Source: a bacterium (GTDB lineage Bacteria; Patescibacteriota; Minisyncoccia; Phycocordibacterales; UBA1006). From it: a stretch of DNA of 64,000 nt. Positions 38,284 through 47,665 of this stretch are shown here, in pieces (the first letter of the stretch is position 1; every line of letters starts with the position of its first letter). The stretch is taken from contig JAYVHO010000006.1 of assembly GCA_043771175.1 (NCBI GenBank), positions 9,800-73,799 of the forward strand, read 5' to 3'. The position numbers were made by a program, and so were the translations under genes. The notes beneath the pieces are model-generated. The model was given only the letters and a program-made list of their open reading frames with translations. It was not told the DNA's origin and made no database searches.

Positions 38284-41022
38284 CTATTTCTTAAACCGTG
38301 AAAAAATCTCTGCTTCAACTTCTGCTCGTGGTGTTCCATATTTAAGTTGTGAAAGTTGTTTAAGTTTTTCAATTTGATCAAAATTACCCTCTTTCAAACG
38401 TAGAGTCTTAATATTAAATGCACGCTGTGGGACTCCACCAGAAAGCATAGAAATATACGCCGTTTGATTTTTCTGTTTGATAATATCCTCTTTGGTAAAC
38501 ACTGGTTCAAGACGTTTTTGAAGCTGTTCGGCATCGTCAGGATCTACTCTAAAAACAGCAATGGTTCCCACATTTCCAAATACCGCATTTTTAATATTGT
38601 CATCAAGCTGACGCAAGTATTGATGAGCCACATTTAAAGAAAGTCTATATTTACGAGCTTCTGACAAAATAGAAGCAATAGACGGTGTGGTAATATTTTG
38701 AAACTCATCTAAATATAAATAAAAATCTCTATGCTTGGTACCATGAGCTGCCCCCGCTCGCCCCAGTGCCGCCATTTGGATTTTATTCACCAGTAAAAGC
38801 CCAATTAAACTTGAATTAATTTCACCGAGTCGCCCTTTTGAAAGGTTAACCAATAAAATTTTTCCTTGATCCATAATTTCACGAATATTAATGGAAGATT
38901 TTTGTTGCAAAATTATGGGACGTAAAAACTCATTGGTAATAAACGGGTCAAAGAACCGTGACACATATGGCACAAAATTTTCCATCTTTTGATCACCGGT
39001 GGCTTTTTTGGCATTTTCAAAGAATTGATTAATAATAGGATTTTTACATTTTGAAAGTTTCATATTTCTGAATTCCTCATCACCTAATACGCGAGTGATT
39101 TCAAGAAGGGTGCTTCCTGACTGCGGATCTTCCATAACCAACATGGCAGAGTTTTTAAAATATTGTTCAAACGCAGGGCCGGCAGTTGCTTTTAGATCAA
39201 ATAATTTATTAAAAATAACCATCAGCTCATCTATCACTAATGTTTTTTGTTCAGGATACAGTGGATCATATTCCAACATATTTAAACCCATAGGGCGTTC
39301 AATATTTGCTGGGTCAAAATAAATAACGTCATCCATACGTTCTGGAGGAATCATAGAAAGTATAGATTGGATGTCGTTCCCGTGCGGATCAAAATATGCC
39401 ACTCCTTCTCCATTTTTAATATCTTGTTCAATCAGTGTCATCAGGGCTCCTGTTTTACCGGTACCAGTTTGCCCAATAGCATAAAAATGTCGTACTCGGT
39501 CTTCTTTGGGATAATGAATATTTGTTTCTTTTCCGCCATGAACATTAATTCCCAGGAGTATTCCTTCTTGCAGAAGCTCCAATGGTGCGGGTGCTGTTTT
39601 TGCTTCATTAAATTTAACTTCAGGCAAAAGATTTTGATTTAGTTGAGGAAAATGAAACAATGTAGCAAGCTCTTCTGTTCCTAAAATAAAATCCTCATTT
39701 CCCTTTGATTCTCTAAAAATAAATTGTGTGATAAATTCATCTAAATGTTTATCTTCAATACGTTTTGCAATATACGAATTTCCTGATGGATGTCTCATTT
39801 GCATAATAGACCCACCAATTTCAGTTATTAAAGAATCTGATTTTTGCTTGGTTTGACCGCAGACTATAATACCCACAGAAACTCTAAACAAATGATGAGA
39901 AAGTTTTTTCTGTAACAATGATTGACGCTCAGTATCATCATGACTTTTGGTTACTTCTTCTGTTTTTTCACTTCCCATAAATAATGATGTTAGTGCTTTG
40001 GTAACAACATGTTTTGAAGCCTCAGACACAGCATGTTTCATTTTTGAACCTTTCAATAAAAGCTTATTTACCTCTTCTAATTCTTTTCTGTCTTCTTTAT
40101 GTTCTTTTGAAAAGGTGATTTGAATGGTTGCACCTTCTTTATCTTTTTCAAGACGCGACAACATATTAACAATCACTTGCAGCGGGTCTGTCTCATAATC
40201 ATTATATGATGGCAAGGTGTATGCACTGTGTTCTTTTAACGTTACTTCTGCAGCACTTAAAAATCCTGATTCCATAAACATATTAGTGTCATCAAACAAT
40301 TCTTTAATTTGTATAGTGGGGAAAAATCCCACGATTGATTTTTCTACCGCAACTTTTTTATCTTTTGGTACCGCTATAAAAAAGACAATCTGTCCACGCG
40401 ATGGTAAAAAAGAGATTTCAAAACTAATACTTGTTTCATCATCCAGTATTGATGAAAATGAAGAATATATCTGCTCCATAGTTGCTGCCAAACTTTTATG
40501 ATTTATTTTTTCTCCCTGATGATCTGGCTGAATGGTAATTTCTAGAAGTGATTTGTGAGTTGGTTCAAAAAAACGTTTTTCAATAATTGGTTCTGCACCA
40601 TTTTGCTTTAAGTATGTTTGTACATACTGAACTAAAAACCTATGAAAATCATCTTCAATATGAGGATTGTGCAGTCCTTCAATTAAAGAAAGTGTCTTGG
40701 CAACACCATGCAACTGCATAAAAGAAAAAACAACCGCCATGTTTTCATCATGTGATTCTGGCGTTAATATTCTTCTTACTTCTTCAAAGAGTTGTTGATT
40801 TTGTTGTTCTGCAAGTGGTATTATTTCTGTCGCTTGTGGTGCCGTGGTCATTACGGTTTTTGAAACTTCTATTTGCTGCTTCATGGGAACTGCCGCAAAT
40901 TCAGGTTTTTTAAATGCTTCATGATTTCTATAATATTCAAGTTCTTGTTTGATATGGTCAGGAAGCTGTTCGTGTGACGGAGGGTTTGGTATAAAATTTT
41001 GTTTCATGGGAATACCATTCAT
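38284..41022 (-). CDS. P-loop NTPase of the VirD4/TraG/TrwB - HerA/FtsK superfamily (C-terminal ~450 aa) with ~450-aa N-terminal region of unknown function; no TM segments
   Basis: Walker A HFYAIGQTGTGKTGALMTL; ...AYFDPHGNDI...; Walker B-like RDFYLYLDEFQNITT; ...RKYRLSLNVAHQYLRQLDDNIKNAVFGNVGTIAVFRV... typical of type IV coupling-protein-like ATPases. Confidence 0.65.
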   Translation of the reverse strand: MNGIPMKQNFIPNPPSHEQLPDHIKQELEYYRNHEAFKKPEFAAVPMKQQIEVSKTVMTTAPQATEIIPLAEQQNQQLFEEVRRILTPESHDENMAVVFSFMQLHGVAKTLSLIEGLHNPHIEDDFHRFLVQYVQTYLKQNGAEPIIEKRFFEPTHKSLLEITIQPDHQGEKINHKSLAATMEQIYSSFSSILDDETSISFEISFLPSRGQIVFFIAVPKDKKVAVEKSIVGFFPTIQIKELFDDTNMFMESGFLSAAEVTLKEHSAYTLPSYNDYETDPLQVIVNMLSRLEKDKEGATIQITFSKEHKEDRKELEEVNKLLLKGSKMKHAVSEASKHVVTKALTSLFMGSEKTEEVTKSHDDTERQSLLQKKLSHHLFRVSVGIIVCGQTKQKSDSLITEIGGSIMQMRHPSGNSYIAKRIEDKHLDEFITQFIFRESKGNEDFILGTEELATLFHFPQLNQNLLPEVKFNEAKTAPAPLELLQEGILLGINVHGGKETNIHYPKEDRVRHFYAIGQTGTGKTGALMTLIEQDIKNGEGVAYFDPHGNDIQSILSMIPPERMDDVIYFDPANIERPMGLNMLEYDPLYPEQKTLVIDELMVIFNKLFDLKATAGPAFEQYFKNSAMLVMEDPQSGSTLLEITRVLGDEEFRNMKLSKCKNPIINQFFENAKKATGDQKMENFVPYVSRFFDPFITNEFLRPIILQQKSSINIREIMDQGKILLVNLSKGRLGEINSSLIGLLLVNKIQMAALGRAGAAHGTKHRDFYLYLDEFQNITTPSIASILSEARKYRLSLNVAHQYLRQLDDNIKNAVFGNVGTIAVFRVDPDDAEQLQKRLEPVFTKEDIIKQKNQTAYISMLSGGVPQRAFNIKTLRLKEGNFDQIEKLKQLSQLKYGTPRAEVEAEIFSRFKK

Positions 41023-41063
41023 GAGTCAAGTATATCATCACGCTATTTATTTTTTTCAAAAAA

Positions 41064-41088
41064 ATAAAACCACTTTCGTGGTTTTATT
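41064..41088. terminator. Bidirectional rho-independent terminator
   Basis: AAAACCAC-tttc-GTGGTTTT with flanking A and T runs, between the 38284 gene start region and the rpmB 3' end. Confidence 0.65.
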
Positions 41089-41335
41089 TAAAACTAATTA
41101 CTCCAGAATCCTTAAGGGCTGCAAGAGCTCCTTTTTTGGTGATAGTTCTTAGTCCCTTCGCAGAAACTAATAGTGTGATAGTTTCTCCTAATTCTGGGAT
41201 TAAGATAGTTTTTTTGTGGAGATTCGCAAATTTGCGTTTCATTCCCGTTGGGTTAAATTTAGTAGCACGAGTACGGTTAGAGTACCCTCCTCCCATAATA
41301 CTTGATTTTCCTGTGATTGCGCATTCTTTTGCCAT
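41084..41335 (-). CDS. rpmB: 50S ribosomal protein L28
   Basis: MAKECAITGKSSIMGGGYSNRTRATKFNPTGMKRKFANLHKKTILIPELGETITLLVSAKGLRTITKKG... matches the bacterial L28 pattern (MAK.C..TGK...G...SH.N..TKR.F.PNL). Confidence 0.85.
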   Translation of the reverse strand: MAKECAITGKSSIMGGGYSNRTRATKFNPTGMKRKFANLHKKTILIPELGETITLLVSAKGLRTITKKGALAALKDSGVISFK

Positions 41336-41361
41336 AGTGTTACTAAAATACCATATAAATA

Positions 41362-42606
41362 TTAATTATGCAAATATCTTTCCAAGTATAATCTGCGAGA
41401 CCGCACATAACTCATCCATGCAAGTAACACCACAACACCCGCTGCAATCATAGGTAAATTAGGATTTATCCCTGCAATCACTCCTGCGATGATGGGTGGA
41501 AAGATGTTTGCCAAAGAATTCAGCGACTGTTCTATTCCCAAAACTTCACCTTGTATACCCTTTTGCGCTGCATTTGAGAGCATTGCTTTAATATTTGGCA
41601 TACTCATTCCAATACCCACTGAAATAAATGGCACTAACATAAGAATATGCCATAACTCAGTCGAAGAGGACATCACAATAAGTACCAAACCAAGAAGTAG
41701 CAGTGTTGAAAATGGGATATTGTATATTTTCCATTTCTTAGGAAGCAGCCGTACCACCACTCCTTGAACAAGTACAATACATACCCCTACAAAGGCAAAA
41801 ACGTACCCTATGCTACTTTGTGATAAAGAAAGCCTGTCTATGGCAAATACTTGGAAAAACTGTGTGTAAAAGGTAAATCCTGACATGAATAAAAAGGTAG
41901 TGACATACAGAGAACGAACGGCGGTATTAGAAAATACGGCTTTTAAACTTGCTTTAAAATTAAGTTCTGGAAGGAGCGTTTTGGTGGGTTTGTGGTGCAA
42001 TGTTTCTGATATATATTTTTCTACAAACCACACATTTAACACCGCAAGAAGTGACGCAACGATAAACGGAAGTGCTGGCCCAAACCATGGAACCAAGGTG
42101 CTATCAGATAATACCCCTCCAAGTGCTGGCCCAAGTACCAACCCAAGTCCAATCCCTACTCCTACGATTCCAAAGTTTTTTACCTTATCTTCAGGGCTAC
42201 TTACATCAGCGATGATTGACTGAACTACGGAAATATTTCCTGCAGTAACTCCGTCAATTGCCCGCGATGCAAAGATCATAGGAATGTTTCGCATCATTAC
42301 TCCTACCGCAAACATAATATGACCTAAAAATGTACCAACCAATGAGAATATGAGTGCCTTTTTTCTCCCTACTTTATCTGACCAACGGCCAATTAACGGT
42401 GCACCAAATAACTGCATCAGTGGATACAGTGCTACAATACAACCCAATAAAAATGTTCTCATCTTAAAAGAAATATCTGTTCCAAATAATCCAAAAGAGT
42501 GATCAATGAAAAGTGGTGTGATTACGGGTATGGCAATAGTGAGTCCTAGTAAATCTAAAAACACTACAAAAAATATCGTAAAAAGTGTTTTATTGCTTGG
42601 CTTCAT
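41362..42606 (-). CDS. MFS transporter (drug:H+ antiporter-like, 12 TM)
   Basis: ...LFGAPLIGRWSDKVGRKKALIFSL... (MFS motif A G..SD+.GR+). 12 hydrophobic segments. Confidence 0.85.
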   Translation of the reverse strand: MKPSNKTLFTIFFVVFLDLLGLTIAIPVITPLFIDHSFGLFGTDISFKMRTFLLGCIVALYPLMQLFGAPLIGRWSDKVGRKKALIFSLVGTFLGHIMFAVGVMMRNIPMIFASRAIDGVTAGNISVVQSIIADVSSPEDKVKNFGIVGVGIGLGLVLGPALGGVLSDSTLVPWFGPALPFIVASLLAVLNVWFVEKYISETLHHKPTKTLLPELNFKASLKAVFSNTAVRSLYVTTFLFMSGFTFYTQFFQVFAIDRLSLSQSSIGYVFAFVGVCIVLVQGVVVRLLPKKWKIYNIPFSTLLLLGLVLIVMSSSTELWHILMLVPFISVGIGMSMPNIKAMLSNAAQKGIQGEVLGIEQSLNSLANIFPPIIAGVIAGINPNLPMIAAGVVVLLAWMSYVRSRRLYLERYLHN

Positions 42607-42632
42607 AAAATAATTATATCGTAGATTTCAAA

Positions 42633-43040
42633 CTATTTCTTACATTTAGAACAAATACCAAAAAATTCACAACTGTGTCCTAAAATTTCTTTATAACCTC
42701 TTACTTTCTGAATAGATGCCAAAATCTTTTCTAATTTTTCATCATAAAAATGACTTACGGTTCCACACCCTTTGCAGGTAATATGATAATTCTGCTTTCC
42801 ATCTTCCTTAAATTCAAAATATGAAGCACCATGCAAAAAGTCAGATTTTTGAACTAATCCGCAATGCACAAATTCATCTAAATTTCTATAGATCGTAACT
42901 TTATCCATAAACTTTTTAAGTTTCTTGAAAATCATTTCAATAGTTACGGGCTTACTACTGTAATATAAAAACTCAAACAATTTTAATCGTTTTTCTGTGG
43001 CACGTAATTCGTGATGTTGCAAAATCTCCGCAAAATCCAT
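42633..43040 (-). CDS. fur: Fur-family metalloregulator (Fur/Zur/PerR)
   Basis: ...LRATEKRLKLFEFL...IYRNLDEFVHCGLV... C-terminal HITCKGCG...CEFFGICSKC (two CxxC metal sites). Confidence 0.85.
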   Translation of the reverse strand: MDFAEILQHHELRATEKRLKLFEFLYYSSKPVTIEMIFKKLKKFMDKVTIYRNLDEFVHCGLVQKSDFLHGASYFEFKEDGKQNYHITCKGCGTVSHFYDEKLEKILASIQKVRGYKEILGHSCEFFGICSKCKK

Positions 43041-43042
43041 AA

Positions 43043-44305
43043 TTATTTTATAAAAGACATTACATCCTCAATTGCTATGATTTTGGTTTCTTTTAGTGAT
43101 CGGCTTGTGTGTTCTACTCCACCGGCTGCGATTGATTTTTGACTCACCACCATTCTGTGCGGCATACCCATCAAATCTGCGTCGTTAAGTTTTGAACCAG
43201 TAGAAACATCTGTCCTATCATCAACAATATAAGTAACTGCATTATTTTCAAGAGTTTCCGTAAGTTCTTTTGTCATTTTTATAACCTCTTCATCATTGCC
43301 CAATACGCAAATATGAACTTTATATGGCGCAATCTGAATTGGCCAAACAAGTCCTTTTTCATCTGAAAGAGTTTCTGCAATAATTCCCATCACGCGCCCT
43401 GGACCAATTCCATAGGAACCCATAATAACAGGTTTTTTTGTTCCATCTTCTGCAGTATATAAAAGTTCAAATGCATCAGAAAATTTAGTTCCCAGTGAAA
43501 AAATATTTCCTGACTCTGATGTTTTATATTCAATCAATGTGTCCTTATTAAGCCCCAACATTTCAATAACTTCTGAATTATTTACTTCTTCATTGATAGC
43601 AATTTTTTTAATAGGATCATAATAGACAATATCTTCTCCGGCATCTGTAATTGTTTGAAATTCATGAGAAAACCTTGAGAAACTCCCTCCGGAAGCAAAG
43701 GTAAGAAGCGTTGATTCCCCAATACCTAATCTATTAAAAATAGTTATATATGCTTGTTTTGCTTTTTCATAAAAAGTTTCATGCTCTTCTACTGTTGAAC
43801 AAAAAGAATACAGGTCTTTCATGATAAATTCTCGACAACGCATAATTCCAGATTTTGCACGAGTTTCATTTCTAAACTTTGTTTGAAATTGATATACAGA
43901 AAATGGTAAGTCACGATATGAAGATATGTATTGTTTCAGCATTTGAGTAATTGGTTCTTCGTGGGTAAAAGAAAGCCCCATTTGTGTGCCTGATTTTAAG
44001 TTGGTTTTAAACCATACGTCTACCACCTCATCATTAAATCGCCCAGTTGTTTCCCATGTTTCTTTGGTTTGCAGTGCTGTCATAGAAAGCTCTTGCGCAC
44101 CCAAATTGTTCATCTCTTCTCTAATGATTTCAATAATATTATTCATCACTTTTAATCCAAGAGGTAAATATGCATAAACTCCCGCAGCTTCTTTTGAAAT
44201 ATATCCACCACGGATTAATAGTTGTGCATTTTTTGAAACTTCATCAGAAGGTGCTTCTTTTTTTGTTTTAGTAAACAGATGTTTCATTGATGTGCCGTAT
44301 TTCAT
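43043..44305 (-). CDS. proS: Prolyl-tRNA synthetase, short form without INS editing domain
   Basis: Class II motif 2 ...FRNETRAKSGIMRCREFIMKDLYSF... Motif 3 ...GSYGIGPGRVMGII... C-terminal anticodon-binding ...YKVHICVLGNDEEVIKMTKEL... Confidence 0.88.
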   Translation of the reverse strand: MKYGTSMKHLFTKTKKEAPSDEVSKNAQLLIRGGYISKEAAGVYAYLPLGLKVMNNIIEIIREEMNNLGAQELSMTALQTKETWETTGRFNDEVVDVWFKTNLKSGTQMGLSFTHEEPITQMLKQYISSYRDLPFSVYQFQTKFRNETRAKSGIMRCREFIMKDLYSFCSTVEEHETFYEKAKQAYITIFNRLGIGESTLLTFASGGSFSRFSHEFQTITDAGEDIVYYDPIKKIAINEEVNNSEVIEMLGLNKDTLIEYKTSESGNIFSLGTKFSDAFELLYTAEDGTKKPVIMGSYGIGPGRVMGIIAETLSDEKGLVWPIQIAPYKVHICVLGNDEEVIKMTKELTETLENNAVTYIVDDRTDVSTGSKLNDADLMGMPHRMVVSQKSIAAGGVEHTSRSLKETKIIAIEDVMSFIK

Positions 44306-44337
44306 AGTTACTCAACTATAGCAAAATTTACCATATT

Positions 44338-44892
44338 ATGCCACTGATTTGCATGTTGAAAGACTATTTTATTTACACCAGAAGACTTGCACAAATTTAC
44401 TATTGTAGTACACTGAAACTCGTTTCCTTAAAAATGGTTCCTAACAAACAATTTAAACCCGTTAAAAAAATGAACATTCAAACAGTCCCCGCCCCCATGG
44501 TCAGTTTAAGTGAAATGCATTTTTCATCTTCGTTTTTCAAGGCACTATTTATGGCTCTTACTCAACCAAAAGAACATCACGTTCTTGATAGGCGAAGAGT
44601 TGAGTCGGTACGTAGTTTTTACGAACCAGCAGATGTGGCTCATGTCACCAATTTACGATCCTCTCTTATTGATAAGTTTGGAACAACGACCAAGGTATCG
44701 TCTCAAGAAGTTTTTGATTTTTTAAAAAAAGAATCAACATCAACATTTCTCAAAAAATCATTTTTGTGGCTCACAAAATTGATTTCTGCTTTCCGAAAAA
44801 AATTTATCAAGTTCCAAATATACTTGATTAAATTTTTTACCACCATTAGCATTAAACAAATGCTGCACGTAAAAAAACTAAGAGTTGAATAA
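44338..44892 (+). CDS. Hypothetical protein (start uncertain)
   Basis: 184-aa ORF, no recognisable motif, followed by a strong terminator. True start may be an internal Met (MVPNKQF / MNIQTV). Confidence 0.4.
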   Translation: MPLICMLKDYFIYTRRLAQIYYCSTLKLVSLKMVPNKQFKPVKKMNIQTVPAPMVSLSEMHFSSSFFKALFMALTQPKEHHVLDRRRVESVRSFYEPADVAHVTNLRSSLIDKFGTTTKVSSQEVFDFLKKESTSTFLKKSFLWLTKLISAFRKKFIKFQIYLIKFFTTISIKQMLHVKKLRVE

Positions 44893-44906
44893 TTCTTAGT
44901 TTCAAA

Positions 44907-44938
44907 TAAAAAACCTCAGAAATTTCTGAGGTTTTTTT
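44907..44938. terminator. Bidirectional rho-independent terminator
   Basis: AAAAAACCTCAGAAATTTCTGAGGTTTTTTT: perfect 9-bp palindrome stem with flanking A and T runs. Confidence 0.8.
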
Positions 44939-44948
44939 ACTACATTTT

Positions 44949-46232
44949 TTAATCTTGTTTTTTGGCAAGAAGTTTTCCTAAAAAGGATTCTTCTTTGTCA
45001 TATTTTTTAAAACCATGATCTTCCATGACATTCAAAATATGCTCTTGATATTTTTCATCAGTTGCATACCCTGCTTTTGCAATGGCTTTAAGGAAATCTT
45101 CACCTTCAGTTTCTCTGAAAGCTTTTCGGTATCTGCGATTTATTCGTAAAAATACAGAAAATGCTGAAAATGACTCATCCATATTAGAATATATTCTAAA
45201 ATGATCCCATTTTGAGTTGTCGTGAATATTTACACAACACCCATTAGTTTCAATATTTCTGTTGTTATTGCGTTTTGCCATTTTTATGTGCTTCCAACAT
45301 TTTATGTTGAAATTATTATGGTAAGCAGCACCAACTCCTTTTCTACCCTGAGAAGTTTCTTGTGTCCATAAGGTTAAAAAAACACTTGGTGGAATTCTTC
45401 CATGAAGACCATCTGCATATTTTTTTGCCAACTCAATACCTTCTTCTAATCTTTCGTTAGTATTTGCGGTAATTTGTTTTTTTACAGAAACTTCCTTTTT
45501 TGGTTTTGTAGGGGAAGCAATAACAACGATATCTTCATCATCATTATTATCATCTTCAAATTCTTTCCAAACTTGTCTTGCAATTTTGGTATAAAATTCC
45601 AAACGCTTTGGAAAGTTTTCAATACTCATTTGGCAAAAAGTGCCATTAAGCATAGCTTCACCATTTCCGTCATTTTGAAGATTTTTAAGGTTGTGATAAA
45701 TAATCCCCATGATAATTTTTGCTTCAACCTCAGAATCAAATACATAAAAACTTTCTTCTTCTGGTGTTATTTGAACTTTATACCTTTTCAGTAGAGATGA
45801 GTCTTCCATCATGTTTTTTTTCATAAATTCATATGAAATATTAAAATGATTTAAACCATTAACTGTCTGATATGACGTACCACCATTACTTGCTGCCATT
45901 TTCAGAGCGACAAAGTAAATTGGTGTCATACTGGTATCCTTGCCAAATAATGCCAATTTCATGAAATTTTCTTTAATGACTTTTTTCAAAAAAGAAATAT
46001 TCATGGTTTCTTTGGAGTCTTTTGAACCCCAATATACTTTGGTATTAAATGGAATATATTTTCTTCCATCTTCACCAGTTTTTATGCCAGCAAATTGGCT
46101 TTTTTCAAGATAATCCTGAGTCCAGCGTTGACGGTAAAATTCTTGCTGAATTGGTCTGTGAGTCGGCTTATTGCTGCACTCAGCAAAGGAAACCGAAAGA
46201 AACGTAATCAAGATTGTGCAAAATTTTTTCAT
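44949..46232 (-). CDS. Secreted protein with C-terminal GH73 glucosaminidase (FlgJ/LytD-type peptidoglycan hydrolase) domain
   Basis: Signal peptide MKKFCTILITFLSVSFA. C-terminal ...LAKKYADGLHGRIPPSVFLTLWTQETSQGRKG...FRIYSNMDESFSAFSVFLR...AKAGYATDEKYQEHIL (glucosaminidase 'E...YATDP.Y' signature). Confidence 0.65.
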   Translation of the reverse strand: MKKFCTILITFLSVSFAECSNKPTHRPIQQEFYRQRWTQDYLEKSQFAGIKTGEDGRKYIPFNTKVYWGSKDSKETMNISFLKKVIKENFMKLALFGKDTSMTPIYFVALKMAASNGGTSYQTVNGLNHFNISYEFMKKNMMEDSSLLKRYKVQITPEEESFYVFDSEVEAKIIMGIIYHNLKNLQNDGNGEAMLNGTFCQMSIENFPKRLEFYTKIARQVWKEFEDDNNDDEDIVVIASPTKPKKEVSVKKQITANTNERLEEGIELAKKYADGLHGRIPPSVFLTLWTQETSQGRKGVGAAYHNNFNIKCWKHIKMAKRNNNRNIETNGCCVNIHDNSKWDHFRIYSNMDESFSAFSVFLRINRRYRKAFRETEGEDFLKAIAKAGYATDEKYQEHILNVMEDHGFKKYDKEESFLGKLLAKKQD

Positions 46233-46351
46233 CTTTTTAAGTTTTTTGCTTCAACATATAGAGAATATACGTGAGCAGTTAGTAAATAGTTTTCTAATAC
46301 ATAATATACTATTTTACAAAAATGTCAATATGTACAGTATTTAAATACATG

Positions 46352-47023
46352 TTAATCGCCAATGGTTCTTGAAATAAGAGCATGAAAAATATTAATGAAA
46401 ATAAGGGTCATAAACGAAAACACCAAGACAAATCCCCACTCGGTAATTACTAAATGCTGATCCAGTAGTGTTCTTACCGAATCTGCAATTTTTGACGGTT
46501 CCAGAACATCCCAACTGTTAAGGCGTGAAAAACGCCCAAAATATACCCCAATCCCCACCAATAATGAAATAATAATGTTAAATAACCACCACATATGGAG
46601 TTTTTGGAAAGAAAATAGTTGCGGACGAACTAATTCAATAGAATATACACCAGCAAGTAAAGAAATAGTTGCAGAAAGGTATAATGTTAAGTTTTTAAGC
46701 CAAAATAATACTCCTGGACCTTCTCCTAGGTGAATAAAGTCCGTGACAATGTAGAACGCATTAGGGAGAAAGAAAATCCATACTGACAAGGAAATAAGCC
46801 ACAGAGGATAACCCACAATTGCAGTCTCTTTAATACTTCTTCCAAACAATGCCGCAAGAAGTGGAATCCACGCCAATAATATATTTTTATGAAGGAGGCC
46901 TAATGAATGAGGAGTAATGGTGGTCAATGACGCCAAAAACATTGAAAATGCGGCACCTAGTAAAAGATATAAGAAAAATTTAGGATTAATGGTGACACGC
47001 TTTAAAGTCTCGTAATATGACAT
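46352..47023 (-). CDS. DUF1361 family membrane protein
   Basis: 223 aa, 5-6 TM; ...FFLPNAFYIVTDFIHLGEG... (DUF1361 LPNAPY..TD..H signature). Confidence 0.6.
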   Translation of the reverse strand: MSYYETLKRVTINPKFFLYLLLGAAFSMFLASLTTITPHSLGLLHKNILLAWIPLLAALFGRSIKETAIVGYPLWLISLSVWIFFLPNAFYIVTDFIHLGEGPGVLFWLKNLTLYLSATISLLAGVYSIELVRPQLFSFQKLHMWWLFNIIISLLVGIGVYFGRFSRLNSWDVLEPSKIADSVRTLLDQHLVITEWGFVLVFSFMTLIFINIFHALISRTIGD

Positions 47024-47043
47024 ATTAATAGTATTATACTCTC

Positions 47044-47481
47044 TTAGTTTTGTTTGTTTTTAAGTTCTTGCAACATGGCTATAATTTTATTGAGTTTTTC
47101 GTCTTCAATTCTCGTTAAATCAATTTGGATTGATTCAATTTCTTCTTTTGCTTTTTTATTTACCATATAATCTTCAAGTGCCTGAACACGATCTCGGTCT
47201 TCTTGACGATTTTGAGCCATCATAATAATTGGTGCTGCGTACGCTGCTTGGGTAGAAAATAACAGATTCAAAAGAATAAATGGATACGGATCCCAATGGT
47301 ATATAAATCCAATAATATTTAAAATCATCCAAATAATAACAATCACTGTTTGAATAATAATAAACTTCCACGACCCCATACCACCCGCAACAATATCTGA
47401 TATGATTTCTCCTCTTGTTCTGGTGTCAGAATGTTTTCTATGCCATGTACGTGGTGCTACATTTTCTTCATGTTGTTTCAT
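47044..47481 (-). CDS. DUF1003 family membrane protein
   Basis: ...HWDPYPFILLNLLFSTQAAYAAPIIMMAQNRQEDRDR... (conserved DUF1003 core), 2 TM. Confidence 0.7.
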   Translation of the reverse strand: MKQHEENVAPRTWHRKHSDTRTRGEIISDIVAGGMGSWKFIIIQTVIVIIWMILNIIGFIYHWDPYPFILLNLLFSTQAAYAAPIIMMAQNRQEDRDRVQALEDYMVNKKAKEEIESIQIDLTRIEDEKLNKIIAMLQELKNKQN

Positions 47482-47540
47482 ATGTAAGTAAGTATACTTC
47501 CTTGGTGGTGCATTTCAAAGAATCACCCATCAATCCACAC

Positions 47541-47568
47541 AAAAACACTCCTTTTAAGAGTGTTTTTG
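47541..47568. terminator. Rho-independent terminator hairpin
   Basis: AAAAACACTC-cttttaa-GAGTGTTTTTG. Confidence 0.65.
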
Positions 47569-47575
47569 TGTATGT

Positions 47576-47650
47576 TGGGTGACTAGAGGGAATCGAACCC
47601 TCGCTAGGGGCACCACAAACCCCTGTGCTAACCGTTACACCATAGCCACC
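47576..47650 (-). tRNA. tRNA-His (anticodon GTG) with encoded G-1
   Basis: Minus-strand GGTGGCTATGGTGTAACGGTTAGCACAGGGGTTTGTGGTGCCCCTAGCGAGGGTTCGATTCCCTCTAGTCACCCA. 8-bp acceptor including G-1:C73 (His-specific). Anticodon loop TTGTGGT. T-loop GGTTCGATTCC. Confidence 0.8.
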
Positions 47651-47665
47651 AGCTGGTAAAATATA

